A DNA stretch of 64,000 bases, from assembly GCA_951406725.2 (NCBI GenBank), contig OX597837.1:9672001-9736000 (forward strand), read 5' to 3'. Both the position numbers and the translations under genes were made by a program. Within the stretch, counting starts at the first letter, position 1. Each line of letters starts with the position of its first letter. Below the pieces are notes generated by a model. The model had not been told where the DNA came from, searched no databases, and was given only the letters and a program-made list of their open reading frames with translations. Shown piece by piece: positions 1 through 15,074 of the stretch. The DNA comes from Octopus vulgaris (lineage: Eukaryota).

Positions 1-210
1 TTATCAGTTGTTCTTGTTGCTATTGCTGCTGTTCTTGTTCTTGTAGATGTGCTTCTTGCTTTTGTTGTTGTTGTTGTTGTTGTTGCTATTATTATTGTTG
101 TTGTTGTTGAAGTTGCATATGTTGCCTTGCTTTCGTTGTTGTTGTTGTTGTTATTGGCGATGCTATTGTTGAAATTATTGGTGCCAATTATGTAATTATC
201 ATTCATGATT

Positions 211-249
<39 letters not shown>

Positions 250-549
250 TTGTTGCTCACGCATATATTTTTCATTTTGTCTTAACGTTGCTACTTCTTA
301 AATGTTGCTAATTTCGTAGTTGCTTATGTTGTTTTGCGATTTCATTCTCTTTATTACTGTTACTAACGATTTGTGAGTGTGTGTGTGTGTGTGCGTGCGT
401 GAGTGTGCGTGTGTGTGTTCTTGTTGCTAATGTTTATTTTTTTAATACTTCGCTCTTAAATGTTTTAATCGCTGCTAATCTCATTCAAGCTTTCCCTCTC
501 TGTACTATTGTTGCTAATTCTAGCGCCGTTGTTTCTGTTGCATAAATTA

Positions 550-622
<73 letters not shown>

Positions 623-2085
623 ATATATATATGTATGTATATGTATATATATAGATATAGATAGATAGATAGATAGATAGATAGATGATGTGGAGATGGT
701 GCTGGTGATAAAAGAGGCCATGGTCGTAGTGATAGCGGTTGTGGTTGTGGTGCTGGTGCTGGTGCTGGTGCTGGTGCTGGTGGTGCTGGTGGCGGTAGTG
801 GTGTTGGTGGTAGTGATAGCGGTGGAGATGATGGTAGTGAGGATGGTGATAGTGGTGGTGGCGGTAGTGTTGTTGATGATAGTTGTAGAGATGGTGGTGG
901 TGAGGGTAGTGATAGCGGTGGTGGTGGTGGTGGTGGTGGTAATGGTGGCGGTCGTGGTGTTAGTGGTGATAGCGGTAGAGATGGTGGTGGTGGTGAGGGT
1001 GATGGTGATGGCGGTGGCGTTTGTGGCATTGATTGTGATAGGAATGGTGTTCATTTTGTTTGTGTTTTCTTGTCAACTGTTGTTGTTATTACTGTTGCCG
1101 TTGTTGTGGTCGCTGGTATCCATCTTGTCTTTGATTCTGTTCTTGTTCTCTCTGCTGTTAATGTTGCTGTTGTTGTTGTTGTGATTATTCGCTCTTCAGT
1201 GGTAGATATGAGATGATGTCTTCAATACGATTTATGAATCGCCAATGAAACTATCAAACAGATGAGTAAATTATGGCGGCAATATTAATGGGATTCGGAT
1301 TGTTTTAATTGCTCATTTGTAAACGAGGTAATGGTGGCGTTGGTGGGGATGGGGATGACTTTCCAGCGGAGATGACGGTGATACGAATGCCAGCGAAGAA
1401 TGTCGTGACAGGACTGATGAGGGTAGTGATAATGATGATGATGACGTTGTTGTTGATGATGATGACGACGACGACGACGACGATGATGATGATGATGATC
1501 ATGATGATGATGATGATGATAATGATTATGATGATGATGAGGAGGAGGAGGAGGACAAGGACGAGGAGGACGAGGGTGACGAGAACGATGAGCAAGAGGA
1601 GGAGGCAGAGGACGAGCAGCGGAAGGATGGTAGTGATAATGATAATGACGATAACGATGAAGATGATGATGTTGATGATGATGATTATGATGATGAGGAG
1701 GAGGAGGAGGAGGAAGATGACGACGACGATGATGATGGTGGTGGTGGTGGTGGTGGTGGTGGTGGTGCATGACGTTGATGACAACGACGGTTATAATGAT
1801 GAAGATTATGATGATGATGTTGATAATTGACATTGGGATGATGGTGGTGTTGATAGTGCTGGTTACGGGGATGATGACAAGGATGATGATGATGATGATG
1901 ATGATAAGGAGGAGGTGGAGGTCGAGAATAAAAAAGAGAAATGAGATGATGGTTACAACGATGACGGCGATCATTATATAATCATGATGATACAGTTGTT
2001 TAACTCCAGGCCGGATATTATTGATTAGATATATGATCAAACACGTTCCAGCTGTAGCCATCTTATTTTCCACGCAGTTACAATA

Positions 2086-2690
2086 TACGAGGGGGTAACC
2101 AATAGAAACCGGAATTTTACCAATATTATTTTATTCACCATGTTTTACATGTTTACACTTTCATTGACTTGAAAGTCTTCTCCCTCCGAAGCAATGCATC
2201 GGTCCAGGAGCGGTTTCCACAATTCGAAACAGTGATGGAACTCTTGCGAAATGATGCATTTTATCGGCTCCGTCGTTTTTTTTTTTTCTTTTTTTTCCTT
2301 CATCACTTCCACATCTGTAAATTCCGTAACAACAGTTTTTGTCATCAGTGATGACCTTCGAAAAAAGGTCCAAATCAACTTCTCCCTGTTCACGACACGC
2401 ATTGCGCCTCCACGCCGTTGGTTTTGTCTTTTAGAGAAACGATGAATAAAGTTTGAGGACGGTAGAGTTTTGATTGATGGAATCTCTTGTTCGTTGGATC
2501 GTCCGTAGAAACCTCGTGTGATATGCTTTACTTTCTGCTTACGTTTCCCAGATTCCCTCTCCCCAAGGGAATTCAAACTACATTCTTTGTTTGTGATAGC
2601 CATCCCACTAGAGCAGCTGCAATTGGTGAGGAAGGATTTGGCATATTTGCAGCAAAATCGAATGGTGACGAGTGCATCATATATGCATAC
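2086..2690 (-). mobile_element. Degenerate, internally deleted mariner-family DNA transposon
   Basis: TA-CGAGGGGG terminal-repeat start at 2086. Minus-strand frames give mariner-like pieces in correct order: TIRFCCKYAKS (cf. IKFCFKLGKS), TDDP (cf. EDDPRSGRP), NFIHRF..QNQRR (cf. KFVPRLL..QKQRR), FSKVITDDKNCCYG (cf. VITGDESWCYGYD) and C-terminal QEFHHCFELWKPLLDRCIASEGEDF. Confidence 0.8.
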
Positions 2691-2713
2691 ACATGCATAC
2701 ATACACATGTATG

Positions 2714-2766
<53 letters not shown>

Positions 2767-2824
2767 ATAATTATATACATACATACATATTTACACACAT
2801 ATTTACACACATATATATATATTT

Positions 2825-2879
<55 letters not shown>

Positions 2880-4002
2880 CTAATCTCCCCTCAAACTTGG
2901 TGGCCTTGTCTCTAAATCAGAAACCCTTACTGGTTATTATTTCAGGATCGTAAACAAAATCAGTATGTTATCAATACCAGAAATCGATGACCCACGGCCT
3001 TCTCTCCGGCCATAACCAGCAGCACCACCACCTCATCGTCTTGAGAAGTTGCAGAGAACATAAAGAACGAACAAGCGTGGAAAGCTGTTGAGGAGCGTGA
3101 AACGGACAAAAGAAGGAGGAAAATGAACAGCTCTAAGAAATAAAAATATCGACCCTACTCAAAAGACGATCAGAATGTACGAAGAGGGGCTCGTACGAAC
3201 TAGGAAATGTGTGAATTTCACAGTACTTTGGACAGTCAACGTATTACTAATGGGTGATTTGAATGAGATGCAAAAAAACATGGCGCAAACTCAAAGGGAT
3301 AAGGAGCAGATTTATGAGGAGTTAATCTCCAATAATACATATTACCACACAGCATACAAGTGATAAACTGCAGATAAAAACTAACTTGGAATGCTATTAA
3401 ATTTTATAGACAACAAGTAGGTGAGCTTTTGACCTTCCTCATGAAGTAGTTAAGAGTAGAAGTGAATGCAATAAAAGCGGAAAATATGGCGGACTCTCTC
3501 TTAGAAATACCTGTCTAAAGAATCATTAAGTTTAAGAAGAGGTGGGGGGAAAGTGCTTGTAAAGGAGAAGAGGGAGGGAAGTGTTTGTAGAAGTGAAGAG
3601 GTAGGGAAATGTTTGCAAAGCTGGGAGAAGGAACCAAAACAAGCGGTTGCAGTTTGGAAACTGTTTTGTAGAATGTTTGATGCACAGCGAAATAAGGTGC
3701 TGCTATCTGAAGACTTGACTTGCTAAGAATAGCAGCCGCATCTCCCTTTAAACATATTCCTCTATCATAGGGGAAAATAAATAACCTGCTAGGCAGTAGT
3801 GTTCGAGATACGAGGAAGTACTCAAAAGTAACCGGAAATATTCTTTGTGGGATAAGTCCGTTGTAGCTGGGGCTCCCGCCGGTACAAGCCACTAGATGCG
3901 ATCCTCAGGCGTCAGTCTGGCGGCCAGCGTCATCTAGTGGGGTCGTACTGCCACGTGGTGCGTCTTTGTTTTATAGGGCTTCTCTCCTGCTCGCCGATTT
4001 TT

Positions 4003-4180
4003 GCGATGGTTAGGGCAGCGGACTCGCGGTCGTAAGAACGCGGTTCTGATTCCCAGACCGAACATTGTGAGTATTTATTGAGCAAAAACACTTAAGCTCC
4101 ACGAGGCTCCGACGTGGGTGGGGTGTGAACCCCCCTGTAGTCTTTCACCACAACTTTCTCTCTCTTTCTTCCTACTTCTG
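4003..4180 (+). mobile_element. tRNA-derived SINE, family C, partial copy
   Basis: TGGTTAGGGCAGCGGACTCGCGGTCG...GATTCCCAGACC tRNA-like head; homologous to the reverse complement of 63180-63480. Confidence 0.8.
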
Positions 4181-4456
4181 CCACAAATCAGAGGAACCAT
4201 GGTGTAACCCACTATGGTTTGGTAAACCCTAGTCTAGATTGCGAATCCACTGTACCCCAGGATGGTTCATCTCTCCACCCGTTAAAAGCCCTCGTTTACA
4301 GAATGAGGATAACAACGTAACTTTCGCACCCGTGCAACCGCCATTCTAACGCGTGTGGTGGGTGGATCTTCAAGTTGTTATACGCACTCTTAGTAGCTTA
4401 GAGTAAGGCTCGAATTAGAGATTATTCTTTGTGGCTAATGGCGTGAGTCCTGATTG

Positions 4457-4708
4457 GAAGAAGAAGAAGAAGAAGAAGAAGAAGAAGAAGAAGAAGAAGA
4501 AGAAGAAGAAGAAGAAGAAGAAGAAGAAGAAGAAGAAGAAGAAGAAAGAGAAGAAGAAGAAGAAGAAGAAGAAGAAGAAGAAGAAGAAGAAGAAGAAGAA
4601 GAAGAAGAAGAAGAAGAAGAAGAAGAAGAAGAAGAAGAAGAAGAAGAAGAAGAAGAAGAAGAAGAAGAAGAAGAAGAAGAAGAAGAAGAAGAAGAAGAAG
4701 AAGAAGAA
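4457..4708. repeat. Near-perfect (GAA)n tract, ~250 bp
   Basis: Seen directly; single interruption near 4547. Confidence 0.98.
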
Positions 4709-5108
4709 AACAACGGCTAGTTTCATTCCAGCTGGATTTGAATACAGTGTGTAGAACAGCCACGACAAATACAGTTGAAGATTTCATGCGATAGCTATAC
4801 GTGTATTTGTGAGTGTATGTGTGTGTGTGCATTCGCATGCGTGTGTATGCTTGTCTGTATGTGTGCGTGAATGTGTGTGTGTGTGTGTGTGTGTGTGATT
4901 ATAACTTCTGTCGATGCGCGGTGTTTTATAAGTATGAATTATTTATATGAAGTATCCACGTAGAATTAATTAATATACAGCGTTCAGACAACAGCCTTTA
5001 AATTTACATACGTTTCATACACTTCACTATTGCCAACACCTTTCATGTTACAAATATTTATACATACATACATATATACATACATACATATATACATACA
5101 CACATACT

Positions 5109-5148
<40 letters not shown>

Positions 5149-5302
5149 CATAAATATATACATATATATATATATACATATAGACATACACACATACTTA
5201 CATATATATAATATATATATATATACACACACATATATATATATATATATACATATATATACATATATACATACATACATATATACATACACACATACTT
5301 AC

Positions 5303-5335
<33 letters not shown>

Positions 5336-5389
5336 CATATACATAAATATATACATATATATATATATACATATACATACACACATACT

Positions 5390-5430
<41 letters not shown>

Positions 5431-5731
5431 ATATATATGTAAGTATGTGTGTATGTATGCATGTATATGTGTATCCAGTATGTATGTGAATATATCTGTG
5501 TGTCTGTGTGTCCGAACATAGATGAATTCATGCATAATTGTGTGCGTGTTTGTGTATTTTTCTAAACTGTGTCTATGTATACAGTCATTGATGAAATTAA
5601 GATGAAATGCAATATTTACCAATGAATCGCCTTTTATTTTATTTTTATTTTCGTTTTTCTAAAATGAAATATATTCATCAAATTTATATTAAACATATAA
5701 CGAACATCTTATATATATGTAATTGCATATG

Positions 5732-6965
<1,234 letters not shown>

Positions 6966-6998
6966 TAGATAGATAGATAGATTGATAAAGATAGATAC

Positions 6999-7064
<66 letters not shown>

Positions 7065-7106
7065 GGATAGAGAGATAGAGATAGAGAGAGAGAGAGATAG
7101 AGAGAT

Positions 7107-7157
<51 letters not shown>

Positions 7158-7166
7158 TGATAAAGT

Positions 7167-7235
<69 letters not shown>

Positions 7236-7236
7236 T

Positions 7237-7296
<60 letters not shown>

Positions 7297-8377
7297 TAGA
7301 TGGGTGGGATGGATGGATGGGGACGGGCGATTCATGTGAATTTATCAAAAAGTTCCCTTTTTAGCTAATGTTAAGCCATTAGTTTGTAATGAAAGCAAAC
7401 AAGGTTCTAATGAAGACCACTCTTCTTTATTTTGCCAGAGTTGTCCGCCATTCAAACTTCAAATCTAATTGAAGCCATCTTTGTTCTTTTTTTCCTCCCT
7501 TTTTTCTTTCATCTTTTCCAGCTTGATACATAAAGAATTAATCAAGTCATACAAGAGACACCTTCTCTTTCTCTCTCTCTTTTCTCTCTTTTTTTTTTCT
7601 CTCTCTCTCTCTCTTCACTCTATTTTCTCTCTTTCTCTTTTTCTCTCTCTCTCTCCTTGCTCTCTCTTTTCTCTCTTTCTGTCTTTCTGTTTTTCTTTCT
7701 ATTAGCTCTTCTTTCAGTCTCTCTTTGTACCTCTCTCTCACTTTCTACTTGCATCTCTTTCATTCGTTCTTTTACATTTTCTTTCTTTTTTTTCTCTGTC
7801 TCTCCCTTCTACATTACATATCTCTCTCTCTTTCCTTCTCCTCGATCATTTTATTTCTCTCTCTCCCTCTCTGCCACTCTCTTTCTCTCTCTCTCTTTTT
7901 CTCTCTCTCTCTACTTCTCTCTATCCCTCTGTGCCTCTCTCCCTCATTCTTTTTTCTTGTTTTTTCTCTTTCTCTCTGTCTCTCTTACCCATTATGTACA
8001 TCTCTCTTTATCTCTCTCGCCATCTCTCTCCCAGTCTCCCTTTCACTCTACCTCTCTCTCTCCCTCTCTCTTTCTATCTATCTATCTATCCATCTCTGAG
8101 TTGGCTACGTTGAAAGAACAAAGAACGAAGTGTTCACATAAGGAAGAGACCAATCCTTTCACCACACCAACCCCTTATAAACTCCTTCAGAAACCATCAA
8201 CAGTTCTGAATCAATCACACCTATGATCAAAGACGTTCCAACGATGACCATTGCCCTTAGTCTCACTCACAGATTTACTGACACCACGCTATTTAAGGCA
8301 CTAGCTTACAGATTAGAGGGACACTTGGTTACCATATTTAGCAATTAGAGACATCCCTTGGAGGCCCCATTGGATGA

Positions 8378-8573
8378 TTGTTGTTGTTGTTGTTGCTAGT
8401 GATGCTGGGGTCATAAACGATGTTGTTGTTGTTTTATTGTCATCGTTGCTCCTGTTATTAATTTTTATTGTCAATGATTTCCAGTTTCTTCTTAATCCGT
8501 ATTTGATCTAATTTCTTGCCATTGAAGCTGTTGTTGTTGCTGTTGTTGTTGTTGTTGTTGTTGTTGCTGCTGC

Positions 8574-8619
<46 letters not shown>

Positions 8620-9063
8620 GGTGGTGGTGGTGGTGGTGGTGGTGGTGGTGGTGGTGGTGGTGATGGTGGTGGGAGTGAGAAAAATGAGGATGGCGGTGAT
8701 AGGTTTGCGGAAGTGGTGTGAAGAAGATGTTGGTGGTGAGGGTTGACGACGACGACGACGACGATGATGATGATGATTATGATAAGGAGGAGACGGAAGA
8801 TAAAGTTGATGATGAGGATGACGACGGTGATGATGATGAGGAGGAGGAGGAGGATGCTGATGGTGATGAGGAGGATGGTGACAACGGTGATTATGTTGAT
8901 GATGATGATGATGATGATGAGGAAGAGGAGGATGGCAACGATGATTATAATGATGAAGAGGAGGAGGAGGAGGAGGAGGAGGAAGAGGGGGTTATAAAGC
9001 TGATGATGTGGATGACGACGGGGAGGATGATGATCAGGATGAAGATAACAACGGGGATTATCT

Positions 9064-9104
<41 letters not shown>

Positions 9105-9900
9105 GTGATGATGACGACGACGTTGCTAATGTTGTTGTTAGACATGGCCGCCACACATCTACCGCCGTCATGGATGTTGTTGTTGTTGTTGTTGTTGTTT
9201 TTGTTGCTGCAATTGTTTTTATACTTTGTTATGCAGCCGTTGCCCTCATATTCTTGGTAATGTTACTGTTGCTTTCTACTCGCATGTATAACTGCTGCTG
9301 CTGATACTGCTGCTGCTGCTACTGCTGTTGATGCTACAGTTTTTCTTATTGTTGTGGCTGTTACTGTCGCTGTTATTCTCGATGCCGTATCCGTTGTTAT
9401 TGTTCTTCTTCTTCTTCCATTTCCCATTCTTCTTCTTCATTTATTTAGTTTTGTACTTCTTCCTTCTTCCTTTTTCTTCTTCTTCTCCTTCCTTTTCTTC
9501 TTCTCCTTCTTTTTCTTCTTCTCCTTCCTCTTCTTCTCCTTCTTCTACTTCTACCTCTACTTTTTCTTCTCCTTCTTCTTTTTATTCTTCTCCTTCCTCT
9601 TCTTCTTTTCCTTCTCCTTCTCCTCCTCCTCCTTCTTTTCCTCCTTCTTCTTCTTCTTCTTTTCCTTCTTCTTCTCCTCCTCCTCCTTCTTCTTCTTCTC
9701 CTCCTCCTTCTACTTCATCTTCTTTTTCTTCTTTTTCTTCTTCCTACCCTTCTTCTTACTGTTCTCACTACATTCATATTTATTCTGTCGCCGTTGCTTT
9801 TGTGTGGTTCAGAATGGTATTGTTGCGTTTGAGGTTTAGTTATTGCTTCTATCATTGTTGGTTGTTGTTGTTGTTGTTACTCTTGCTGTTGTTGTTGTTA
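8378..9900. repeat. Compound trinucleotide block (GTT/GGT/GAT/GAG/CTT)
   Basis: Seen directly. Similar blocks at 1-1975, 16640-17300, 26170-26680, 39340-39900, 45085-45710, 50940-51570, 56795-57300 and 61985-62672. Confidence 0.95.
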
Positions 9901-9921
9901 TTGTGGCTCTTGTTGTTGCTT

Positions 9922-10028
9922 TCATTCTTGTAGTTGTTTTCGTTTGTGCGCTCCGAAGATCAGAGCAGGGAAGCAAGCTAGCAAGATTGAAAAAAGCGAG
10001 CATCGGCGGAGATGTAGACGTGAAGGAG
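9922..10028 (-). CDS. Putative terminal coding exon of a cell-surface (GPI-anchored or tail-anchored) protein
   Basis: Long pyrimidine tract ending CTGATTAATTTTCAG| on the minus strand. Phase-1 reading gives xPSRLHLRRCSLFSILLACFPALIFGAHKRKQLQE-TGA, a short hydrophobic C-terminal segment. No upstream exon confidently found and no homology recognised. Confidence 0.35.
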
Positions 10029-10176
10029 CTGAAAATTAATCAGAATCCAATCACGAGGGTCGAGTGGAGGAATAAAGAAGTATGGAAGACAAGAAAGAAA
10101 GTGGAAAGGAGGAAAGATGGAAGCGGAAAAGAGACAAAAATAAGTAAAAAGATGATATTAAAGAAAAGTGACAGAG

Positions 10177-10656
<480 letters not shown>

Positions 10657-10838
10657 GGAACGTATAGATAGATAGAAAAGTAAGGAATATAAAGAGAAAA
10701 ATTAAAGAGAAGCGTATCAATGATAGGGCAGCAGAATCGGTAAATAAAGGAGAAAAGAGAGCGGGTGATAGTTCAAACGTGACTGGAATTTGAAGACTAC
10801 GTTGTAAATATGTGGTTGCATATATATATATTTATATA

Positions 10839-10888
<50 letters not shown>

Positions 10889-11106
10889 CATATACATATA
10901 TACATATATAAAGATATATACGTGTGTGTATATATATCTATATGTGTGTGTGCGTGTATGTTTGTGTGTGTGTATGAACATATATGTATGTATATTATTT
11001 TTGGTCGGCAGAAATTACAGAACTGCGCAAGAGCCGAGAATTATCAATAGTAGTAGTAGTAGTGGCGGTGGTGGTGGCGGTGGTGGTGGCGGTGGTGGTG
11101 GTGGTG

Positions 11107-11179
<73 letters not shown>

Positions 11180-11497
11180 GCTGTGAGAATCGTTAATGCG
11201 TCGGAGTAAATGCTTACCGACACTTTCTGGCGGAGATCGATTTTTTTTTTTGCCTTTTACCTTTTCGGGGTCGATAAACTAAGTTCCTGTTCAGCGATGG
11301 AGTCAATGTATTTGAATTACACATTCACCCGAAATTGCTGGCCTTGTTCCGAAATTTGCAACTATTATTATAAGTATTATCAAAGGTGGTGCGAAATGTT
11401 TAGTAGCATTTCGTCCGTCTTCAGGTTCTGAGTTCGAATTTTGCCCAGGTCGAATTTGCCGTTCAGCCTTTTCGGTTCGATGGAATAAGTACCAGAC
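11180..11497 (+). mobile_element. Two degenerate SINE family B copies
   Basis: TTTGCCTTT..CCTTTTCGGGGTCGATAAA and TTCTGAGTTCGAATT..AGGTCGA motifs shared with 18493-18726. Confidence 0.7.
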
Positions 11498-12044
11498 GAG
11501 TCACTTCTCTTTGATATCATTAAAAAAAGATTTTTGTGTCTTTTCCGCTTCCATCTTTCCTTCTTTTCACTTTATTTCTTGTCTTCCATACTTCTCTATT
11601 CTTCCACTCGACCCTCGTGATTGTATTCTGATTAAATCCCTTCCCTCCAAATTTCAGTTCTTGTGTATTTATAAGGAAGGATTAAAGGTGGAAAGAAAAG
11701 TGCATTGCAGTATTTTGTCCCGGCCCAATTACGATGCGATTTCAAGTCAACGCTGCGTTTTATTCCCAAAAGTACGAAAGAAAATGATGAACCAATCAAG
11801 GGCTAACTTTAGCGATATAGAGTACCCGAAATGCGCTCGAAATTTCTAACATTTTTCCTCAATTAAAAATTCAAATTTACATGTTGCCAATAACTCGTGC
11901 CAATCAGGAACATGAAACTCGGTATATCGAGTCTAATATCTTGAGAGGCTACAAAAATATTCAAACTCTATTTTATGCATTGATTATCGTTTGCTTCATC
12001 TGTTTAAAACTTATAAATAAATAATCACTTACAATAGCCCATAA

Positions 12045-12391
12045 TACGAGGGGATTACTGAAAATTCCTGGCTTTGGACAAAAGAAAATAATCATGGTTT
12101 TTCATTTTTTACATTAATCTTAATCTTATTTCGGCTGACCGTTATTAGGGAGAGACACACAAATAAGAAAGAAGAAAGCAAAGGATCACTGATGAGGTCA
12201 CAGGAGTGTGACGAAAGAACTTTGGCCAAAATAATCATGGTTTTATTCAACATATTCCCCTCCTTAAATTCATACAGTAATTGTAGCGGTTCTTCAGAAA
12301 TTGTTACGTCCTGTAAAAGAACTTGGAATGCTGGGCCTCCAACAAGGCTTTCGCGATATCCTTAAAGTCAGGAGTTTTTCTGTACCCACTC

Positions 12392-12394
<3 letters not shown>
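12045..12394. mobile_element. Mariner-type MITE with an internal ~125-bp insertion
   Basis: Imperfect TIRs TACGAGGGG.TTACTGAAAATTCCTGGCTTT / AAAGTCAGGAGTTTTTCTGTACCCACTCATA with TA ends; second copy inverted at 49103-49322. Confidence 0.75.
12189..12216 (+). ncRNA. Hammerhead core with stem II, 3' truncated
   Basis: CTGATGA-G-GTCACA-ggag-TGTGAC-GAAA; stem III and the 3' strand of stem I are absent. Confidence 0.55.
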
Positions 12395-12422
<28 letters not shown>

Positions 12423-12593
12423 TGTATGTATGTATGTATGTATGTATGTATGTATGTATGTATGAATGTATGTACGTATGTATGTATGGGTGCTAAAAAT
12501 TCCTGGTTTTGGGTGAAAGAAAATGTATATATATATATATATAAATATATATATATATGTGTGTGTGTGTATATATATATATATGTGTGTATA

Positions 12594-12692
<99 letters not shown>

Positions 12693-13490
12693 GCAGGGTG
12701 CGGTGAATAAGCTGACGTCTAAATTACGCAAGACTCAAAATAACACTGACATCTCATTTTAACAGATATAGTAAACAAAATTACACAAAAATACCTCGAA
12801 GCACTAAAGAATAAATATATTCAATAAAATCGCTCTTGGCTTCAATCTCAGCCTCCAGACGGCTTCAGAATCTACTGCTTCTCTTCTGGGCGGTCTTCCT
12901 GTTTAAGTTGGTCAATGCTACCATAGTCCTTGTCTTCAGTTCATTTTTTGTGTTGCAAGGAGTTATGTTGGTCTCTCGCTCAAATGCGCCCCACACATAA
13001 TTATCAAGGGGGTTGCAGTCTGGGGAGTTAGGTGGCCAGATATTAGGGGTGATGTGGTCGAAGAAATTGTCTGACAGTCATGACTGGGTTCTCCTGTTTC
13101 TGTGGCATGGTGCAGAGTCTTGTTGCCAGACATAGGGTCTTCCAGCAGCCATCCTCTTAACTCAGGGCAGCACCACCTACGCCAGGTAGTTTATGTAGGC
13201 CCCGTGTTGAGTCTGAGGCCGTGGGGGAAGATAATGTCACCGTCTCTAGTCATAACTTCAAACACCATAATGTTGACTGGATGTTAGATTTTTATCATTC
13301 TGGGTACATATCCTCAAATTGCACAGTCCTCAGATTGACACCCAAACACTTTGAAATGTCCATATTGGAACTTCCGGTGCGATACTAAGCAGGATAACAT
13401 GTCGTTTCCAAATTTCTGGTAGAGTAAATTGCGTCAGGGCATTGTTTTTTTTTTTCAAAGACGGTGCCCAACTTAACCTACTATACTGTA
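12693..13490 (-). mobile_element. Decayed Tc1/mariner DD37D (maT-like) transposon
   Basis: Minus strand reads AAGRPYVWQQDSAPCH...IWPPNSPDCNPLDNYVWG, with 37 residues between the second and third catalytic Asp and in-frame stops. CAGGGTG terminus at 12694; the right boundary is approximate. Confidence 0.88.
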
Positions 13491-13594
13491 TAGTCGACAA
13501 AATAAAAAATAAGCAATGCACATGCAAGAAATTAAAAATATAAAATGGCGACAACTTACCTATCGCAACCTCTGTGTACGTTTGTGTATGAGTG

Positions 13595-13596
<2 letters not shown>

Positions 13597-13657
<61 letters not shown>

Positions 13658-14013
13658 GGCAGTTTGTCTGTGCGTGTGTCTGTGTGTCTGTTTTCTCGTA
13701 CCCTCACTCTGACCACGGCTTTCAACCGATTCTGATGAAACTTGACACACACATAGCCCAATGTCATAATTCAAAACTAACGCAGCGAAAATTTTGAAAA
13801 GTTCCCCCAGTTCTGAAAAAAATCGATAAATTCGACATGGGGTCGAGAATCAGAAACACAAACCGCAAACTGTCTAGGGGACGCAACTCCACCTTTTTTT
13901 ACTCTCAAAAAAATTTACCATCATTTTTTTGCTATTTTTTGGCTATAACTCTCTAAAAATGCTTTATAGTTATTTCCCTTACAAACCTGAGCAACGCCGG
14001 GCGATACTGCTAG
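13597..14013 (+). mobile_element. Non-autonomous Helitron
   Basis: 3' imperfect GC hairpin CCTGAGCAACGCCGGG followed by CTAG|T terminus; 5' TATATAAA plus GTCTGT microsatellite and TCAACCGATTCTGATGAAACTTG motif typical of short Helitrons. Confidence 0.8.
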
Positions 14014-14037
14014 TATATATATATATGTATGTATATG

Positions 14038-14068
<31 letters not shown>

Positions 14069-14098
14069 ATATATATATATACATACATATATATATAC

Positions 14099-14133
<35 letters not shown>

Positions 14134-14983
14134 CATATATACATACATACATATATACATACATACATATATACATACATACATACATATACATATATAT
14201 ATATATACATGTGTTGTGTGTGTGTGTGTGTGTGTGTGTGAGCACTAATTTCACAGATAAGTTAGGATTAAATTATTTTCAGCAACCGTTTCGTTAAAGA
14301 TAAGCATAATTAATTCTATAATTACGTAATTAACGTACATAATTGATGAAAATGAATTTGAATCCAATTATAATATCAAGCAGTGCTCATTTTGAAATTT
14401 CCAGAAATGCTAACAGCAACGCAAGCCATAAGCCGTTGCTGGTTTAATGCAAATAAGAACCAATCTCCATTTATATAGATATAAATGCAATTCTGCGTGT
14501 GTATGCATGTATATATCTTTACGTGTGTATATAGGCGTATTTTGTTTAGCAGCCATAGTAAACTATCAAATAAATTAAGGTTAAATCAATAGTGTGTTTA
14601 TGTATTTTGTTAGCAGTGTGATACAGTCATTTTTAGGTTCTCTCTACAGATTTTTCAATAGAATTTAGAGCCAACGCTGAAAGTTGCGATGTTTCTTATA
14701 CGAACACGTTTGTGGAAACTATGCGATCGACGGAAAATAGTTAATTGATGTATATACGTATTTCAGGAGTGATTGTTCTTTCGTCAGTATAACATCCAAA
14801 CCATTAGCTATCCATGATCCTTTTCTTTGAATACTGACTAAGTTTAGAAGTGTAATGCTGTTGGTTAGAACAATTTACATATTAAACACACTTCTAGAAA
14901 ATCGTAAATACATAATAATTTAAAGTTGTCCAATATATACACATGCACACATACATATATACATACATACATATATACATATA

Positions 14984-15074
<91 letters not shown>

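Noticed and set aside
2552-2664. Apparent plus-strand exon (TTTCCCAG acceptor; DSLSPREFKLHSLFVIAIPLEQLQLVRKDLAYLQQNRM)
   Set aside because: The opposite strand is better explained as the N-terminal part of the decayed mariner transposase.
4270-4450. HDV-like ribozyme (CGCCA...GCTAA-TGGCG P2-like pairing)
   Set aside because: No valid P3/L3/P1.1 arrangement could be built.
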